Positions 39,290-52,754 of a stretch of DNA of 64,000 nucleotides are shown here, in pieces. The stretch spans positions 30,863,922-30,927,921 of the forward strand of contig NC_069005.1 in NCBI RefSeq assembly GCF_001194135.2. Reading direction: 5' to 3'. Positions within the stretch are counted from its first letter, which is position 1. Each line of letters begins with the position of its first letter. Source of the DNA: Octopus bimaculoides (Eukaryota). Under the pieces are notes generated by a model. That model saw only the letters and a list, made by a program, of their open reading frames with translations. It searched no databases and was not told where the DNA came from. The position numbers and the translations under genes are program-made.

Positions 39290-40474
39290 AATCATAAATC
39301 GCAATTCCTGAGTTAGCATCTGCTCTATATCTCTATGTATGTATTTATGTATGTACATATATATATATATATATATTATTATATGTATTTATTTTCTCCT
39401 AGTTAATAAATAACTCGGTTAAAATGTCTTACGTTTAAGCTGGTTCCCATGCATTTCCCTGAAGAGAAGATTACATTCTTAACAACATCGCCGATTCCTA
39501 TGGAAGGTATAATTTGTAATCTTCGAAACATATGTTGGAAATAAAAGTATGCAATTAACATATGCGTTTTACTCCATTCACTAAATTTATATATATAAAT
39601 ATTTCCTCTCTACTTTGTCCATTTATGATGAGGGCACATTTTTTATTTGTGGGGGAAAATTAAAATGCTGTTTTAAGTACTGTAGAGGCTGGAATGGATT
39701 TTTATTATATGTGTGTCTGATAAGAGTCGACCCGGGGTTAAACAACAATGACCACTACAACAACAACAACAATCTCTCCTATCAGATCCAGACAAATATG
39801 AATCACACATCCACACAGAAATAGATTCATTGATTGCTAAACTTGGCTCAGGACACTCTCTGCAGGGTTGCCAATCAACTGCTATAAATCTTGAAGAATA
39901 AAGCATAATGTTGCACACCAATCAAATCCATCTCATTCATCTGTCTCAACTGTAACAGTCTCATTATTTATTCTGAAGTGATTCTTGCGAACTGCGGACT
40001 TGCTTCATGAAAGTTTAATTATAATCCTCACCATCGTTATCATTATCTTCTGTTATTATCTTCATTATCATCATCGTTATTGTCCTTTTTACATCCATTT
40101 TCCCCTTGCATGCATTGGTCAGCCAGAGTTTTGCTGATCCTCATCTCTGTTTCCAAGGAAAGTAATATTTTCCTGTGGCTGGATATGTTTCCCACAGATG
40201 ACTGGAAATGAATTTACACTGTTTTCTAAAATACCACATGATAGTTTACATGTGATACATGGTGTCAAGATAAGGGTAGACACAAACACATCTACATATA
40301 TATGTATATAGATAAATATTGGTGTTAGGAAGGGCATCCAGCTGTAGAAACTCTGCCAGATCAGATTGGAGCCTGGTGCAGCCTCCTGGCTTGCCAGTCC
40401 TCAGTCAAATCGTCCAACCCATGCTAGCATGGAAAGCGAACGTTAAACGACGACGATGATATATATATATAAAG

Positions 40475-40712
40475 ATCCCAACAATATCCTCACGCTTCAA
40501 GACCAGTTGCTGCAACAGCTTGGGTTTTCAAGGGCCCACAGTTTTTTTAATATTCTCCCAAAGAGCCTGAGGGACCTACACAAAGTGGATGAAGGTGTTT
40601 TCGAAACATAACCGGATCTCTTCCTGTCAAGATTCCTAGATGAACCCACCTCGCAACAGGAGGTGCAAATGAGGGCAGCAACATCAAACTCCTTTATTCA
40701 CCAAATGGCACA
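40475..40712 (+). mobile_element. CR1/L2-group LINE ORF2 3' remnant
   Basis: NSLGFQGP/FNILPKSLRDLHKVDEGVFET*PDLFLSRFLDEP..MRAATSNSFIHQ fits the GPRLFNxLP..FKxxLDxFL..DEP..RAAxSNSL pattern. Confidence 0.7.
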
Positions 40713-40834
40713 TATCATAGGAGGCTTTCAATAATAACAGTAGCAAAATGGCGGTGCCCCAGCATGGCCACAGCTTTGAGCTGAAATTGATGGGGAAAAA
40801 AAAGATATGTATATATATATATATATATATATAA

Positions 40835-41030
40835 GGGGACAAACAAGGACAGACAAAGGGATTAAGTCGATTACCTTGACCCCGGTGCATAACTGATACT
40901 TATTTAATTGACCCCAAAAGGATGAAAGGCAAAGTCGACCTCGGTGGAATTTGAACTCAGAATGTGCAGACGGACGGAAATGTCGCTAAGCATTTCGCCC
41001 AGCATGCTAATGATTCTGCCAGCTCACCTC
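40835..41030 (-). mobile_element. tRNA-derived SINE family C
   Basis: Reverse complement of gagctggcagaatc.ttagca..ctgagttcaaattcc.ccgaggtcgactttgcctttcatcc..; other copies at 42960-43080 (-) and 48040-48255, 62843-63063, 63228-63360 (+). Confidence 0.75.
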
Positions 41031-41660
41031 CCTGTTTGAAACCAATATTAACTTAATTAAAGAAAAGACCTGGACAGTTTTTAGATAATGTCTTTGCTTC
41101 AGTACTAACAGTACATGTCTGTATTTGACCAGTCTTTTGCTGATGCTGGCTGGAACCACATCTTCCATATTATATCTTGTACAATGTAGAATAGATCATA
41201 TAGTAAATTGCAACAGTGTTTGAATAAAAAAAAAAAGACCTATGATCAATTGGATTATAATGGCTTCAGATTATTGGAATTCTGTTGAGATGTACAATGC
41301 CGTTAGACTGATGGCTTTTCACCATAAGCTCTTCTCTGCCTGTGTGTGTGTGTGTCTGTGTGAGGAATCACATGTAATATATTTGCAGTTACTTGCTTGT
41401 TCACTAGTCTCACAGTTGACAGATTAGAGGTTTTGCTTTGTTGGTCTCTTTTTCACCATCTTTTTTTTTCCCCTTCCTAAAAATAGCAGCAGAAATATTC
41501 GTGTGAATGAACAGGTGCACATATACATGTACACAAGCTAGAACTGTTCCAGCATGGCCACAATTGTAATGGCTAAAATAAACTAAAAAAAACACACGTG
41601 TGTGTATGTATGTGTGCATGTTCACATATATTTTCAGAAATATTAATATTAATGATATTT

Positions 41661-41693
<33 letters not shown>

Positions 41694-44600
41694 AATGTGT
41701 GTGTGTATATATATATATATCATTCAAAAAAGGTTAGAGGTTGTTAATCCAACCAACTAAGGGATAGTATCTTATTTCTTTATTGCCCACAAGGGGCTAA
41801 ACATAGAGGGGACAAATAAGGACAGACAAAGAGGTTAAGTCGATTAAATCGACCCCAGTGCTTAACTGGTACTCAGTCTCACTGCATGGCACCTTGGGCA
41901 AGTAAGAGAGAGACAGACAGACAGACCAATATAGATAAGTATATATATCATAGTTATGTGTGTGTGTTTGTCCGCAACACTACTTGATATTTGGTATTGG
42001 TGTGTTTACATCCCCATAACCTAGTGGTTCAGCAAAACAGACCGATAGAATAAATAGCAGACTTCGAAATAAAAATAAGTACTGGGGTCAACTCATTCAA
42101 CTAAAATTCTAAAAAGTGGTGCTCCAGCATGATCACAGTCTAAAGACTGAAAGAAGTAAACAATAAAAGCTATTGACCATGTTCTTGTGGACATATGTGC
42201 ATGGTCAGCATTAACCAATGCAGTTTTTTTTGTGTGTGTGTGTGTTTTTGCTTGTTTTTTTTTTTCTTTGCCAAGGACAGTATGATGTGGTTTTGTGGGA
42301 AATTTGGTTATTTACTGTCATAGAAAAAAAATATATAAAAAGAAAAGAAGAATTTCAGATAAAATAGTCTCAGATACAAACGAAATGGCATAAAACAAAA
42401 AAGAAAAAAGATGGCTGATAACAAGAGCAGCAACAGCAACAACATTCGTTTGTAATAAATTTGAATCGAAGATCAATTGTCCACCACAGTTATTCAGTTG
42501 GTCAGTCAGTTCCCCTTTTTTATATACAATGGCTTATTGGTTCCGAAATTGAGCGAAAAGTTAGAGACTCTTCACCCAGAACACCAACAAATTATCTGCT
42601 TGTTTATTACTGTCACTATTATCACTACTACTACTACTACTACTGCTGCTGCTGCTATTAGAACTAATACTGACGATGATGATAACACTATTTTCTCTCT
42701 TTCTCTTTCACTTCTTCATTGATTGATTGTGAAGAGGTGGGACATAGGAAAGCACTGTGCTAAATTTCAATATTAGATACTGTATTGTATATAGATTCTT
42801 CTTCTTCTTCTTCTCCCCTCCTTCCTCCTCCTCCTCCACCGCCAAATTCTTTTCCCAGTACCATTTTCAATGGACAACACTGCAGTGATTAATTAATTAA
42901 TGAATTGAATAATAATAATTCTTTCAATTATTGGCACACACCTTGAAATTTTAAGTGGTGGTGGTGGTGGTGGGGGGTTCCAGTCGGTTACATTGACTCC
43001 AGTATGTGACTGCTACTTATGTTATCAACGCCAAAAGGATGAAAGGCAATGTCGACCTCAGTGGAATTTGAACTCAGAACATGACTAGAAGGCTGTGACT
43101 GGTTGACTCAGAAACCAGATGACTATGTGACTGGGTGATTCAGTTGCTTGATCAGTGTGACTGCATGACTATGAATGGGTGACATGGTGACTGACAGAGT
43201 GAATGAGTGACTCAGTGAACAGATGGCGATGTAACTGAGTGACTCAGAGACCAGAAAACTAACTGTGTCACAGGGCAACTCAGTAACTAGATTGAGTGTT
43301 ACTTGGTGACCCAAAGACTTGCTGACTGTGTGACAGGGTGACTAAAAGACAAGATTATTAGATAACTGAGTAAGTTGTTGGATGGTGGTGAAGCTTATAG
43401 AACCAACTACTTTTAAGATATGAAAAGGAAATGGAAGAACTTCCTTTGATTCTGACCAACATGGAAGCAGAACAGTGTGACAGTGGTGGTGGTGGTGCTG
43501 CTGCTGTTGTAGTTGATGGTGGTGGTGGAAGAAACAATGGTTGAAGCCATAAAGCTATCTGAGAAATAAGAAATATCTATTAATGGGTTAATAATGATGG
43601 ATCTGTGATAAACTGGAATGGTGATAAAGATAATAAAAGAATCAATAGGAAGAACGGACAAAAGGAATTTCTGCCAACAGAAATATTGTGGACATACAGG
43701 AAATGTCCACTTAGAGCAGAACTATCACACTTCGATTGAGATTATCGGTTATCATTCTCTATCGACATGGCTACTTGACTTGGTAGAAATAGCAGCCAAT
43801 TTCTCCTTAAATGACACCTTCCTTGTTTGTTTTTAATAAAAGGCAATGGCACACTAGGTGCAGGCATGGCCATGTGGTTAAGAAGGTTGTTCTGTGATTG
43901 AATACTTTTGGGTTCAGTCCCACTGTGTGACACCTCAGGTGAGTGTCCTTTGGTGTAGTCCAGGGCTGACCAAAGCTTTGTGAGTGAAGTGAATTTGGTA
44001 GACAGAGACTGTGTGGAAGCCCTACGTGTGTGTTTGTTTGCCACCACCACCACTTAACAACTGGTATAGGCTTATTTATGTCCCCATAACTAAACAGTTT
44101 GACAAAAGAGACCAATAGAATAGTTACCCTATTTAAAAAAAAAAAATTTAAGTGGGGTCAAACTCGTATGGATCATGTAACTAAGACTGAGAAATTTGTA
44201 TAATGACTCTACTACTACTGATTAACCTCTACAACGACTGACTGCCTGACTTTATAGTGGCTGGTTCATACCACTTAGCCACGTGGGAAGGGGAGTTCCA
44301 TTTTCACTACAACAATAAAATAAGTACCTGTTGAGCTCTTGGATCCATGTGATATGTAATTGACTAGACCTCTCCCTCAAAATTCCAGACCTTTATGCCT
44401 AAGGCAGAAAGGATTATAATAATAAATGTATGTGTGCGTGTGTGTGTGTGCAGAGAGAGACTGCAGTGGGGGGAGATTTGAGGAAGATAAATATCTGACT
44501 GAATTAAGTGTTAGGTTTCATATGATCAAGTACAACTTGCTTCATCACCATACCACAGTCCAATGACTGAAATCATCAGACATACCTACCTACATGCATA

Positions 44601-45089
44601 TGTATGCATGTACACATGTAAGTATGTATGCATAATTATATCATGGCATAAATGTATAACATACCGGAGACAGCGACACAGAGAGGGAGAAAGATGGATA
44701 TGTGATGAGTGGAGGAAGGAGAGTATCTGAAAGATGACCTGAGCAAGAGGGAATTACACACAGGCCCCCTACATATACATATCACTTATGTATATATGTG
44801 TGTGTATGTATATGTATGTCTATGTGTATATATATATAAATATATATATATATGTGTGTGTGTGTATATATATATATACATATACATACATACACATATA
44901 TATATATGCTGATGCAAACATACACCACACACACACACACATGCATATACACCTGTGCAGGTAACTTTGCAGTGAGTACTTCTGAGATAAAACAGCAGAA
45001 CATGGCTAAGGTTAGCACAGGCATCAGTTGTCTGGTATTTCAGATTGATAACAATCACATTAGTCAGTCTTTAGAATTAAGATGGTTGA

Positions 45090-46040
45090 CGAGATAAGCT
45101 GGATGGATGGTTGGAAGTGGGTGGTGGGGTGAGAAGGCGGGGGTGGATGCATAATGAGCTGGTTCTATTATGATATGATGGATTATTGGGTGGATGGGAG
45201 AGAGGGTGGATGAACGGATAAATGGGTGGATGCGCAGATGGGATAAAGAGATGAATAGCTGTATGAACATATGGATGGATGGATGGATGGATGGGTGGGT
45301 AGGCGGGTGGATGGGTGGGTGGACGGGTGGATAAATGGAAGGATGGATAGATAGATGAATGAACAGGTGAATGGAAAGGCGGAAAAGGAGCAGGATGGGT
45401 GGATGTGTATGATGATGGCTGGGTGGATAGGTAGGTGGACGAGTGAGAAGATATGTGGATGGGTGGATATGAACACAGATGGGTGAACGGATGGATGGGC
45501 AGATGGGTGGACGGGTGGATGTGTGGGATGATGGTTGGATGGGTGAGAAGATATGAACACAGATGGGTGAATGGATGGATGGATGGACCGACTGGTGGAT
45601 GGTTGGACGGGTGGACGAATGTTTGAATGGAAGGATGCATAGGTAGATGGACGGACAGGTGGGTAGATAGGCAGGAAGGGAGCAGATGGATGGGATGATG
45701 GAAGATGGATGGATGGGTGGGAAGATGGATGGATGGATGGATGGATAATTATGAACACAGATGGGTGGGCAGACGGGTGGATGAATGTTTGAATGGACAG
45801 ATGGATAGGTAGATGGATGAACTGGTGGATGGATAGGTGGATGGGTGGATGACAGTTGGTAGATGGCTGGGTGGGTAGACGGATGGGCAGGAAGGTGGGT
45901 GAATGGGAAGATATGTGGATGGGTTAATGAGCAGAAGAATAGATGGGTGGCTGTATGAATGGGTGGGTCGATGGATGAATAGGTGGGTGGAGGGATCAAT
46001 AGATGGGTGGATGGATAGGTTAGCGGATGGGTAGACAGGT
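45090..46040. repeat. Degenerate (GGAT/GGGT)n satellite with higher-order sub-repeats
   Basis: Near-continuous ggat/gggt tetramers; recurrent motifs gaagatatg, atgaacacagatgggtg, gaatgtttgaatgga. Confidence 0.9.
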
Positions 46041-47988
46041 AATAAGTTTGGGGACTCCTTAAGTAAGTACCCAAGTATTTCTGCTGATCAATCCCAATTC
46101 TGGCACCACCACTACAACTCTCCTTGGCAGGAGGGACCACAAGGGGGTCTTTCAAGTCCTGTGCACTCGAGGTGTGGACCTGAACAGGTTTATTATAATT
46201 TTTCTCCTTCTGGAAGCCCACCAGTTACTTATGAAGCAAGTCTCCTCTCCAGCATGGCCGTAGTCAAATGACTAAAAGAAATAAAAGAAACAACAAAAAA
46301 AAAACCTTCGTAAAAGTACAAACTGTCAGAAAATAATGCAAATGGATGTCTTTTACATAGAAATTACCGAATCCAAAAATAGATATAAATAAATAAATAA
46401 ATAATTGAAACTCCGAGTAAAAGCAAATTAAATGAATATATAAAAAGAGCTTAATCTCTCTCTATTCTTACTAGGTTAGTTTTGCCCAATCAGCTTATCT
46501 TCATTATCTGGCCATCAAACTAAGCAGCTGCTATTGAAAGATGTTCTCAAAGACAATCTCTGATAATTCTTCAATTCTAATGTAGGATGTCATGAAATGA
46601 TTTTGGCTTTTGGCTTTCTTTTTTTTTTTTTTCCTGCTGCGTCTCTTTTTTTCCTTCCCCTGTTTGTCCACCATTGCTGTTCAATTATTTCCATTTATTG
46701 ATACGCAGCATATATAGTTTTATGTCTACTTTACTTTACTGTGTACACACACACACACATATATATGTACACACATATATATATGTATANNNNNNNNNNA
46801 TATATATATATATAAAGAACTGCTGCTTCTCTTCAGAGATATGCAATTTTAGAATAAAGTCTTCCATAGTTTTCTTTTCAGTTTTCGATTTATAAATTTT
46901 TTTTGTTTTCATTTAGTTTGTTTGTTTTTTTTTTGTTCTTTGTACTCGTGGTGGGGGAGGGGGAGGTTGGGCGTGGTTGGAAGAAGTTCGGAGTTTCGTA
47001 TGTAATTATGTAATTGCATATATCTTCATATAAATTGCAAATATCTTATTCCATACGTACATATAAAGTATACATGAGTGTGTGAGTGTGTGTTTGTGTA
47101 ATGGGTAAGAGTACATCCAGAAGCAATGAAATATATATACAAACAGATTACTGATCAGACCAGATCAAATTGTTAAAATCCAACGTCCTAATCATAAGAG
47201 ATCTAATCCAGCTTTTACCAAAGTTGACTATAGGAAATTCTCCTGCTGAGCTAAACAAAATAACATTTCATCTTTATCATTTACATGTACATGAGTATAT
47301 AGGTGCAGAAGTGGCTGTGTGCTAAGTAGCTTGCTTACCAACCACATGATTCCGGGTTCAGTCCCACTGCGTGGCACCTTGGGCAAGTGTCTTCTACTAT
47401 AGCCTCGGGCCGACCAAAGCCTTGTGAGTGAATTTGGTAGACGGAAACTGAAAGAAGCCCGCTGTATATATGTATATGTATATATATGTATATGTATATA
47501 TATGTGTGTGTGTGTTTGTGTGTCTGTGGCTGAGCGTTCCACAGACACAATATACCCTTAACATAGTTCTCAGGGAGATTCAGCATGACACAAAATGCTA
47601 ATCAGGCAGTTCTGTCATCGGCCACGTCAGCAATTTTGATTTTGATTTCACTTGCCTCAATAGGTTTTTGCAAGCAAAGTTTATTGTCCAATGAATGAGG
47701 AGTACTCATAAGTGGGCTGGTTACACCCACTGGCATAGGCCACGGGCTATGGTTTCACTTGGCTTGTCAGGTCTTCTCAAGCTATTATTATTGTTATTAT
47801 TATTGTTGCCGGTGGCACGTAAAAGCACCCACTACACTCTCGGAGTGGTTGGCGTTAGGAAGGGCATCCAGCTGTAGAAACTCTGCCAAATCAGATTGGA
47901 GCCTGGTGTAGCCATCTGGTTCACCAGTCCTCAGTCAAATCGTCCAACCCATGCTAGCATGGAAAGTGGACATTAAACGATGATGATG

Positions 47989-48030
<42 letters not shown>

Positions 48031-48271
48031 GTTATTATCAGGGTGGCAGGCTGACAGAATCATTTGCACTTCGGGTAAAATTCTCAGTGGCATTTTGTCC
48101 GTCTTTAGTCTCCTGAGTCCAAATTCTGCCGAGGTCAACTTTGACTTCCATCCTCCCTGGGTCTATAAAATGAGTACCAGTTGATCATTGGGGGTCAATG
48201 TAATTGACTTACTCCCTCTCCCTGATTTGATGGCTTTGTGCCAAAATTTGAAACTATTATTATTATCATCA

Positions 48272-48327
<56 letters not shown>

Positions 48328-50479
48328 TTTACACTTTCCTTATTTGAAGTTTGTTTGTTTTTACAGGACACTGTGTCATTTACAATTATTAGGTTGAATT
48401 TATTTCTGTATTGTTGCTAAACTTGTCTCCTAAATTATTTTTATGTCCCTTATTGACTCGCTGGGGGTTTTATTTTCTCAATTTATTGTGTGCAAGGGAG
48501 TTTAAAGGCTCACTTTGCTAAGGGTTTTATTGCTCATGTTTTATATCCCTTATGGACAATTACTGTCATCAGGCAGTGGATCTATTTGGATTTATTGGTG
48601 TTTTCAGAGCGTGCCGATAGCAATCTTGGTGTTATTTCTTATCCCTGCATTTACATCAGAAATAGTACCCTTCATGGCCAAAAGCCGTGGCATGAGATCA
48701 ATCAGAAACTTCAATCTGGTTGGTTGACCTGCTAGACGTAGCAAGCAAACCTCTTCTCTGAAATAAGAAACTTCAACCGGCCTGCTTGACCTGCCAGAAG
48801 TAGCATGCAGATATTTTCTCTGGAATTCACCCAACTGTGTTAAAAGGAGGAGGGTGTATTGGATGGTGTAGTCTGAGAAATGCTACACTCATCATCACCA
48901 TCATCAGTCATCATCATTGTCATTGTCATCATCATCATCATTATCATCATTGTCATAAAAAAAAAACAATATAAAGAACAACCCTTCATCAGTTGTTGGC
49001 TGTTTTACTAGTCTTGTATTTCGAGCATTTAACAACAATATACGCTTTCGATAAAACAGTTGCTCCAGCAAAGCAAATTAAATAAAATTTGGGATTTTGC
49101 AAAGGATCAAAATTGGTAACACAAACAGGACAGTGAAAACAAGCAGGTAGGGCTGCTAAGCCTAAACGAGGTTGTGGTGGCGAATGCGTTCATCAAACTA
49201 GGACAGGAGACAAGCGAGAACACGTCTTCCTTGTTCCAGCTACAACGGAGAGAAAGAAAGAAAGATGGCTGATGGTCACGTGGGAGCCCCGTGAGCAAGG
49301 GAGGAAGAGTGAGGGAGAGAGAGTGACAGAGTAATAGGATAGAATAGTGGGAGAAGAGGAGGTAAAAGAATACGAGAGAGAAAAAGAAAAACGAAAGAAT
49401 AAAAAGATCGTGTATGTTTATATATATATGTTTGTATGTATATATATATAAATATACATACNNNNNNNNNNNNNNNNNNNNNNNNNNNNNNNNNNNNNNN
49501 NNNNNNNNNNNNNNNNNNNNNNNNNNNNNNNNNNNNNNNNNNNNNNNNNNNNNNNNNNNNNNNNNNNNNNNNNNNNNNNNNNNNNNNNNNNNNNNNNNNN
49601 NNNNNNNNNNNNNNNNNNNNNNNNNNNNNNNNNNNNNNNNNNNNNNNNNNNNNNNNNNNNNNNNNNNNNNNNNNNNNNNNNNNNNNNNNNNNNNNNNNNN
49701 NNNNNNNNNNNNNNNNNNNNNNNNNNNNNNNNNNNNNNNNNNNNNNNNNNNNNNNNNNNNNNNNNNNNNNNNNNNNNNNNNNNNNNNNNNNNNNNNNNNN
49801 NNNNNNNNNNNNNNNNNNNNNNNNNNNNNNNNNNNNNNNNNNNNNNNNNNNNNNNNNNNNNNNNNNNNNNNNNNNNNNNNNNNNNNNNNNNNNNNNNNNN
49901 NNNNNNNNNNNNNNNNNNNNNNNNNNNNNNNNNNNNNNNNNNNNNNNNNNNNNNNNNNNNNNNNNNNNNNNNNNNNNNNNNNNNNNNNNNNNNNNNNNNN
50001 NNNNNNNNNNNNNNNNNNNNNNNNNNNNNNNNNNNNNNNNNNNNNNNNNNNNNNNNNNNNNNNNNNNNNNNNNNNNNNNNNNNNNNNNNNNNNNNNNNNN
50101 NNNNNNNNNNNNNNNNNNNNNNNNNNNNNNNNNNNNNNNNNNNNNNNNNNNNNNNNNNNNNNNNNNNNNNNNNNNNNNNNNNNNNNNNNNNNNNNNNNNN
50201 NNNNNNNNNNNNNNNNNNNNNNNNNNNNNNNNNNNNNNNNNNNNNNNNNNNNNNNNNNNNNNNNNNNNNNNNNNNNNNNNNNNNNNNNNNNNNNNNNNNN
50301 NNNNNNNNNNNNNNNNNNNNNNNNNNNNNNNNNNNNNNNNNNNNNNNNNNNNNNNNNNNNNNNNNNNNNNNNNNNNNNNNNNNNNNNNNNNNNNNNNNNN
50401 NNNNNNNNNNNNNNNNNNNNNNNNNNNNNNNNNTATTATAAAATAAATATATACAAATTATAAAAATAATAAAAAAATA

Positions 50480-50575
50480 TATACAGTACAGTACTGTTTC
50501 AACTTCACAGATAATTCACCTATCACAGGGGCTTTTGGAACGTAACACCTACAATAGTTAAGGGATTACTGCATA
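50480..50575. mobile_element. Possible Tigger/pogo-like DNA transposon terminus
   Basis: ttggaacgtaacacc..aagggattactgca resembles Tigger-type ends (recalled pattern only). Confidence 0.3.
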
Positions 50576-50924
50576 TTATCAATTACCAGAATTCATCCTT
50601 TTGCAGTTGATAAAATATGTACCAGTGGAGCACTGGAGTAGATATGACCAGCTAGCCCCTTCCGCCGCCTCCTGCAAATTTCAGGCCTTGTGCCTATAAT
50701 AGAAAGAATTGTTATTGCTTGCTTGTCATTTCTGGTCTGAGTTTGGAGAGAGGAGACTTGTAGCACAGACAATTGTTGGTCTGCCATAAAGCAAAAGCCT
50801 TGCCCAAGCCCTGTATGCTGGATAGAAACCTACCAGGTGCAGATATATAGTCAACCCTCTCTGTCAAAGAGATTAAAGTGCTAAACCCAAAGTGAGGAAC
50901 CTTTTTTTGCGTTGGGAGGCTGCA

Positions 50925-51026
50925 TTGAAAATGAAATTGAGGGTGGAGAGAGAAGTGCTGCCCTTAAGTGAGTTCATTGAAAGGTGGGTCAAAGTTGCAA
51001 AAATGGCAAGAGGGGTGGACCTGTGA
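50925..51026 (+). mobile_element. L1/Tx1-type LINE ORF2 C-terminal remnant
   Basis: LKMKLRVEREVLPLSEFIERWVKVAKMARGVDL* resembles Tx1-like ends (..ERxxLxxxxFxxRW..). Confidence 0.4.
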
Positions 51027-51174
51027 GCCTATCTCTATTTCAGGCTTGGTAAAACAAGGACCTATTACACACAGCATCCAGCGTTATTTGACTTGTTTCT
51101 CCATCTTTGAAATTACTGGCCTTGTGCCATAATTTGTAACCGTTTTGTATGATATGCCAACCGGGTATTCTCAC

Positions 51175-51279
51175 CCCTACTTTTAGTATTTCAGCACTGA
51201 TGGCAACTGTGCTGAAGCCTTTACAGTGTTTTATTCCTTTCATTGCTTTGTATACCTTATTCTTCATTTCTTCTTTCAT
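51175..51279 (-). mobile_element. LINE fragment from the region just upstream of the RT domain
   Basis: EEMKNKVYKAMKGIKHCKGFSTVAISAEILKVG resembles EVxKAIxxxKxGKAxGxDxIxAExLKxG. Confidence 0.45.
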
Positions 51280-51439
51280 TATTCCTACTCAAGTATCCAC
51301 GTCATACAAATTATCCATGGATTTCTGATATTATTTCGGAGTTGTGTGGTGTAAACTTAGTGTTAAGATGTTTGAAATAATCTTTACAACACTAAAGTAC
51401 AATGGCTGTTTTTGTGCCCCCCCCCCCCANNNNNNNNNN

Positions 51440-51484
<45 letters not shown>

Positions 51485-52025
51485 ATATATGTTGCTATCT
51501 TATTTTCATCTTTGATTACACTGTCATATTTTTTTTCTGCTTTTTCTCTCCATTTCATCAAGTGACTTGACTTGAAAAGGTCGTAACCATTATTGTTCTC
51601 GGAATCAGTTCTTCTATTTGTTCTGTCTTACCTTTTAGGTTTTTCTCCTTTTCTATTTCAGTTGCTATTTTTCACTGTTTTGTTTAATTCTTCAGCATCA
51701 TTCACCTTTGACAATATCGTCTGGGTCGTTTCAGATTTTCTCTACTAACATTTACCGCCTTTGTTCACAAGCTGTCTCTGTTTCTTACGGTAAGCCCGTC
51801 GTTTGGTTCCGAACCAAGATTTCAAGATGGTGGTTTCTTTTGTTATTTTGTTTGTCGTTTATTTGAGGCATTCGTTTATGTGGTAAGAAGATTGCTTCCC
51901 AACCACATGATTCTGGGTTCAGTCCCACTGCATAGCACCTTGAGCAAGTGTCATCTACTGTGGCCTTGGGCTGACCAAAGCTTTGTGAGTGGATATGCTA
52001 GATGGAAACTGAAAAAAATCCATCG

Positions 52026-52059
<34 letters not shown>

Positions 52060-52754
52060 CGATGATGATGATGATGATGTGTATGTACTCTTGTCTTTAC
52101 ATCATGTGACAGTTATGAATGGGTGTCATCATCATCATACAAGTGGTGTTCTCCATGTTCCATGCAAAACATGTCTGACCTTAGGGAAATGTTACTTCCT
52201 TTGGAAATAGATGAGAATTGGCAACAACTCTCAGTGGAAACAACCCTCAGTGCACCTCAGCACTGTATACAATAAGTTCATTATATTATAACAAGAAGGA
52301 CATCTAGCCTTAGAAACCCTGTCCTAAAGTATTCTGTCTTACCCATGGAAACATGGAAATGTGAGCATGAGGACGACGATGATGACGACGACGATAATGT
52401 CTTGTACTTTTAATCAACTGTTTACAATATAATCATACATTAACAAATAGATTTTATTCTCTTTTATAATCACCAATGAACCAAACTGGTGGACAGCAAG
52501 TCACAAGAAGCCACCATCGTTTTACTCGACCAGCAGGTGGTAGTTTAATCAACAAGACTGAGAATAATGTAGTCTCTACTATAAAAAAACAAAACAATAG
52601 CTGAACATGAAAAATGTATAATGGTAGCCAATCCTGTGTACTCTGCATGAGTCTTTGGCTTTGACTACTATTACAGTCTTTCTTTTCTTGTCTGATGGTC
52701 TCCATTTTTTTCATCTTTCTCTGAGAGATTTTTGTGCAAGCTTGATGTTTTTGA

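Noticed and set aside
45064-46221. 385-aa minus-strand ORF as a real protein
   Set aside because: Composition follows directly from the (ATCC/ACCC)n satellite, which lacks stops on that strand; no domain recognisable
46472-46635. Minus-strand exon ending at a GTAAGA donor
   Set aside because: All frames contain stops for every candidate acceptor
48367-48420. Plus-strand exon after a strong tttttacAG acceptor
   Set aside because: No good donor, no homology and no partner exons
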